Shown here in pieces: positions 61,401 through 64,000 of a stretch of 64,000 bases of DNA. Numbering within the stretch: position 1 is the first letter of the stretch; each line of letters opens with the position of its first letter. Both the position numbers and the translations under genes were made by a program. Origin of the DNA: Eimeria praecox (taxonomy: Eukaryota); contig OY986946.1 in the NCBI GenBank assembly GCA_963920595.1, positions 744,001-808,000 of the forward strand. The letters are read 5' to 3'. A model generated the notes under the pieces. The model had not been told where the DNA came from, made no database searches, and was given only the letters and a program-made list of their open reading frames with translations.

Positions 61401-63880
61401 GCACCAGCACCGGCAGAAAAGTTCCCCAATTACGACAGGAGCACGGTATCATCAAGTATCTTGATATGCTGCAAGCTGCACAGGCCCATCATTTTGTATG
61501 CCATACGCCTACACCCCCCTTGCTCCCTGTGAAAGGCATGTACGCCAACACCATATGCAACGGCTTTGTAGGCTTCCGGAGATGGAAGCTGTCTGTACCG
61601 ACTTAAGAGCAACAAAGATATCTACAAAACGCCTGAGCTCGAACTTGTGCTAAGAAGTTGTTTTGTGTAGAATCTGTGTCGCGGGAATGCCCTGAAAGGC
61701 AAGGTCCCCTTCCTGAGTAGCAGTAACCTTACATTGTTTGTTCCATGTAACTTTATTTTTTTATAAGGCTCAAAGCGGGATTTTCATCTTGTCGTGGGCC
61801 CCTTCACATTCTTCGAATGTCCATCCAGGCAAGCAGCCGTAAACCAAATTCTCTGTACTAAGACAAGGGAATACAGAGAAGATAGGACACAGGGAGGAAG
61901 AATCACAAGCCTACAGCGGCGGTGAACATATGCTGGTAGTTGGTTTTGTTCCAATATGAGTAGCTGAGCAGCATCAGTCGGAGGAAATAATTGATCATCA
62001 TCTACCCAAACTGATTTTGGTGAAACGTGGGCAAGGATTGCTGCAGCAATGACCTGGGACTGCCAGCAAACCCTTTGTTACATATCAATATCCTTTGCTA
62101 ACTTTGAAATTAAATTCCGCTGAAGTTTCCATTGTTATGCCAGCAATCTGGGTAGGAGCTTGGCAAGTTTCTCTCCTTCCGTTCCAAGTGAAGCCATCTT
62201 AATGGTTTAGCTTGGCCGGCTTCGATGTATCTAAGAGACTGTGTTTGTGTTGCGCTTTACCACCTTGGAAGTTTTGTTTTGACCTCAATATTCCGTCAAC
62301 GTTTAGACCAGTGTGGACCTCTGAGCCACCGATTTGTTGAGCACCGATTACTTGAAGGTAGCCCACCTTAAAGTAATTAGTGGCCCTGCTTGGCAGAGGG
62401 GGTTTCGGCGGCGACTTGCAAAGCATGATACTCCGGCACGGCAGAAAAGAAAATTTCAGTAGCACTGGATTAAGGATGCACCAAGGGAGCATCGGGCGTC
62501 TTTATAAAATGTTTTGTCGGGAGCCAATGTGGCACCTTGGGCTGGGTACTACAAGAAAGCAGGTGAGCTGCTGCGCACGGGCTCTTGGCACATTGAGATG
62601 AGAGGTGGGAGGCTGTGGTGTTGGTCGTTCGTTGGTTGTGTGAGGCGCCAACTTCCACCGGATGGCAGTTCATGCGAAAGCTGCGATGGAGGAGCGGTTG
62701 GTCGTGTTGCGTGTAAAGTAGTGGTGGCCCGCTTTGGAGGCGGAAGCAAAGGTTTGAAGAGATGTGCTTATGGCAGTTTGTTGCCATAACATAACTCGGT
62801 AGCCTGTTGCTGAGTGGCCAAAATCGGGCGCGAAGCTTGAACGATGCTGGAGGCAAATTGCTGGTGCCTCATGTGTTGCTTCAAGCTTTTTGCATTGCTG
62901 CTGCTGTCTGCGCTACGACGTCCGCGAACCTATTTGGTTTCGCTGTTGGAGGACAGGAGGCCTTGTTAACGTGGATGCTTCACCTGTGCGCCAGGGAGGC
63001 TCGCACGTTGCAAGGCTTGTGTGAAAGGAATATAATATGAGTTGGGGAGTTTCTGGACGGATGCGTTAAGCGTCTGGAAGTGGATCCCCCAAAGCAGCTG
63101 CTGTTTGGTGGCATAATTGTTGGGTGTTGTATTGGTGTGTTATGCAGAATATTTGAGAAATTGAAGTTAGAGCGCTACGAACGGTCTTGAGGAGGTGCTG
63201 GTAATTTCTGTCGTTTTTTTGAAATACGCAGGAATGGCACATCCAAGAGGCTAGTTGTGGGGCGCTCGTAGGACACAGTTCGTTGCCTTAGGACTTGTGT
63301 TGATTGCTCTATCAGATTGCCGGCGTGTTTGTGTGGTTTTATAGCCACGGCGCCTTGGCGATGGGTGGTAAATCCAACAGAGTTCGATGGTATTAAGACG
63401 AACTGTGGTATAGCTCTCGTAGCGGTGAGGGTGCTGTTGAATGTGTTTGGGATATCATGACTCTGTTTTCGTTTTCGAGCATTTGTGGGGTTTTCACCTG
63501 CACGTTTACTCGGAGGATACAGAGGCAAGGCGTCCCAAAATCCATCAATTTGTCATAATCGCTTTAAGGAGGAGAGGGAGAGCGCACGTATGAAACCAGA
63601 ATGGTTTGTTTCGTTTGCTTCTCCTTTCTTCTGTCTTTGAGCGTTAAATAGGACAATGAGGTGGTAAATATTTGTTCTGCTTGTGAACCTATATTTTGCT
63701 TGCCTTTGTTCAAGAAGGTGAATATGCTGTATTTCGTTTTGCCGCCAAGTAGATTGCCTTATCACGCATGCAGATAATGTGGGATGGGGCTGCTGGGCTT
63801 GATGGCAAATGAACCAGGCAGTTTATATAGCCTTCGAGAATGGTGAGTAAAGATGGCGTTCGAGCGGAAACAACGATAGC

Positions 63881-64000
63881 AACCTGGTTGATCCTGCCAG
63901 TAGTCATATGCTTGTCTCAAAGATTAAGCCATGCATGTCTAAGTATAAGCTTTTATACGGTGAAACTGCGAATGGCTCATTAAAACAGTTATAGTTTATT
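63881..64000 (+). rRNA. 18S: 18S rRNA, unit 5 (5' part, truncated by window)
   Basis: AACCTGGTTGATCCTGCCAGTAGTC at 63881. Confidence 0.98.

Overview
This is a tandem nuclear rDNA array (18S-ITS1-5.8S-ITS2-28S-IGS, all on +) of a coccidian, Eimeria. The ITS1 resembles E. praecox, from recollection only. The window holds four complete units and the start of a fifth (18S starts at 533, 15459, 29806, 44734, 63881; periods 14926, 14347, 14928 and 19147 bp). The 28S of unit 4 is interrupted by an intact 4785-bp non-LTR retrotransposon (49924-54708) with one 1461-aa ORF: zinc finger, reverse transcriptase, CCHC knuckle and restriction-like endonuclease. It sits 6-8 bp upstream of the canonical R2 site but ANTISENSE to the rRNA, with a 2-bp target deletion, no target-site duplication and no poly(A). 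The IGS sub-repeats just downstream of each 28S carry 7 or 11 copies of a 28-mer whose best copies are 23/28 identical, ungapped, to the reverse complement of this insertion site. Helix 69 next to the site has two compensatory base-pair changes. The other ORFs in the track are judged spurious or unsupported.
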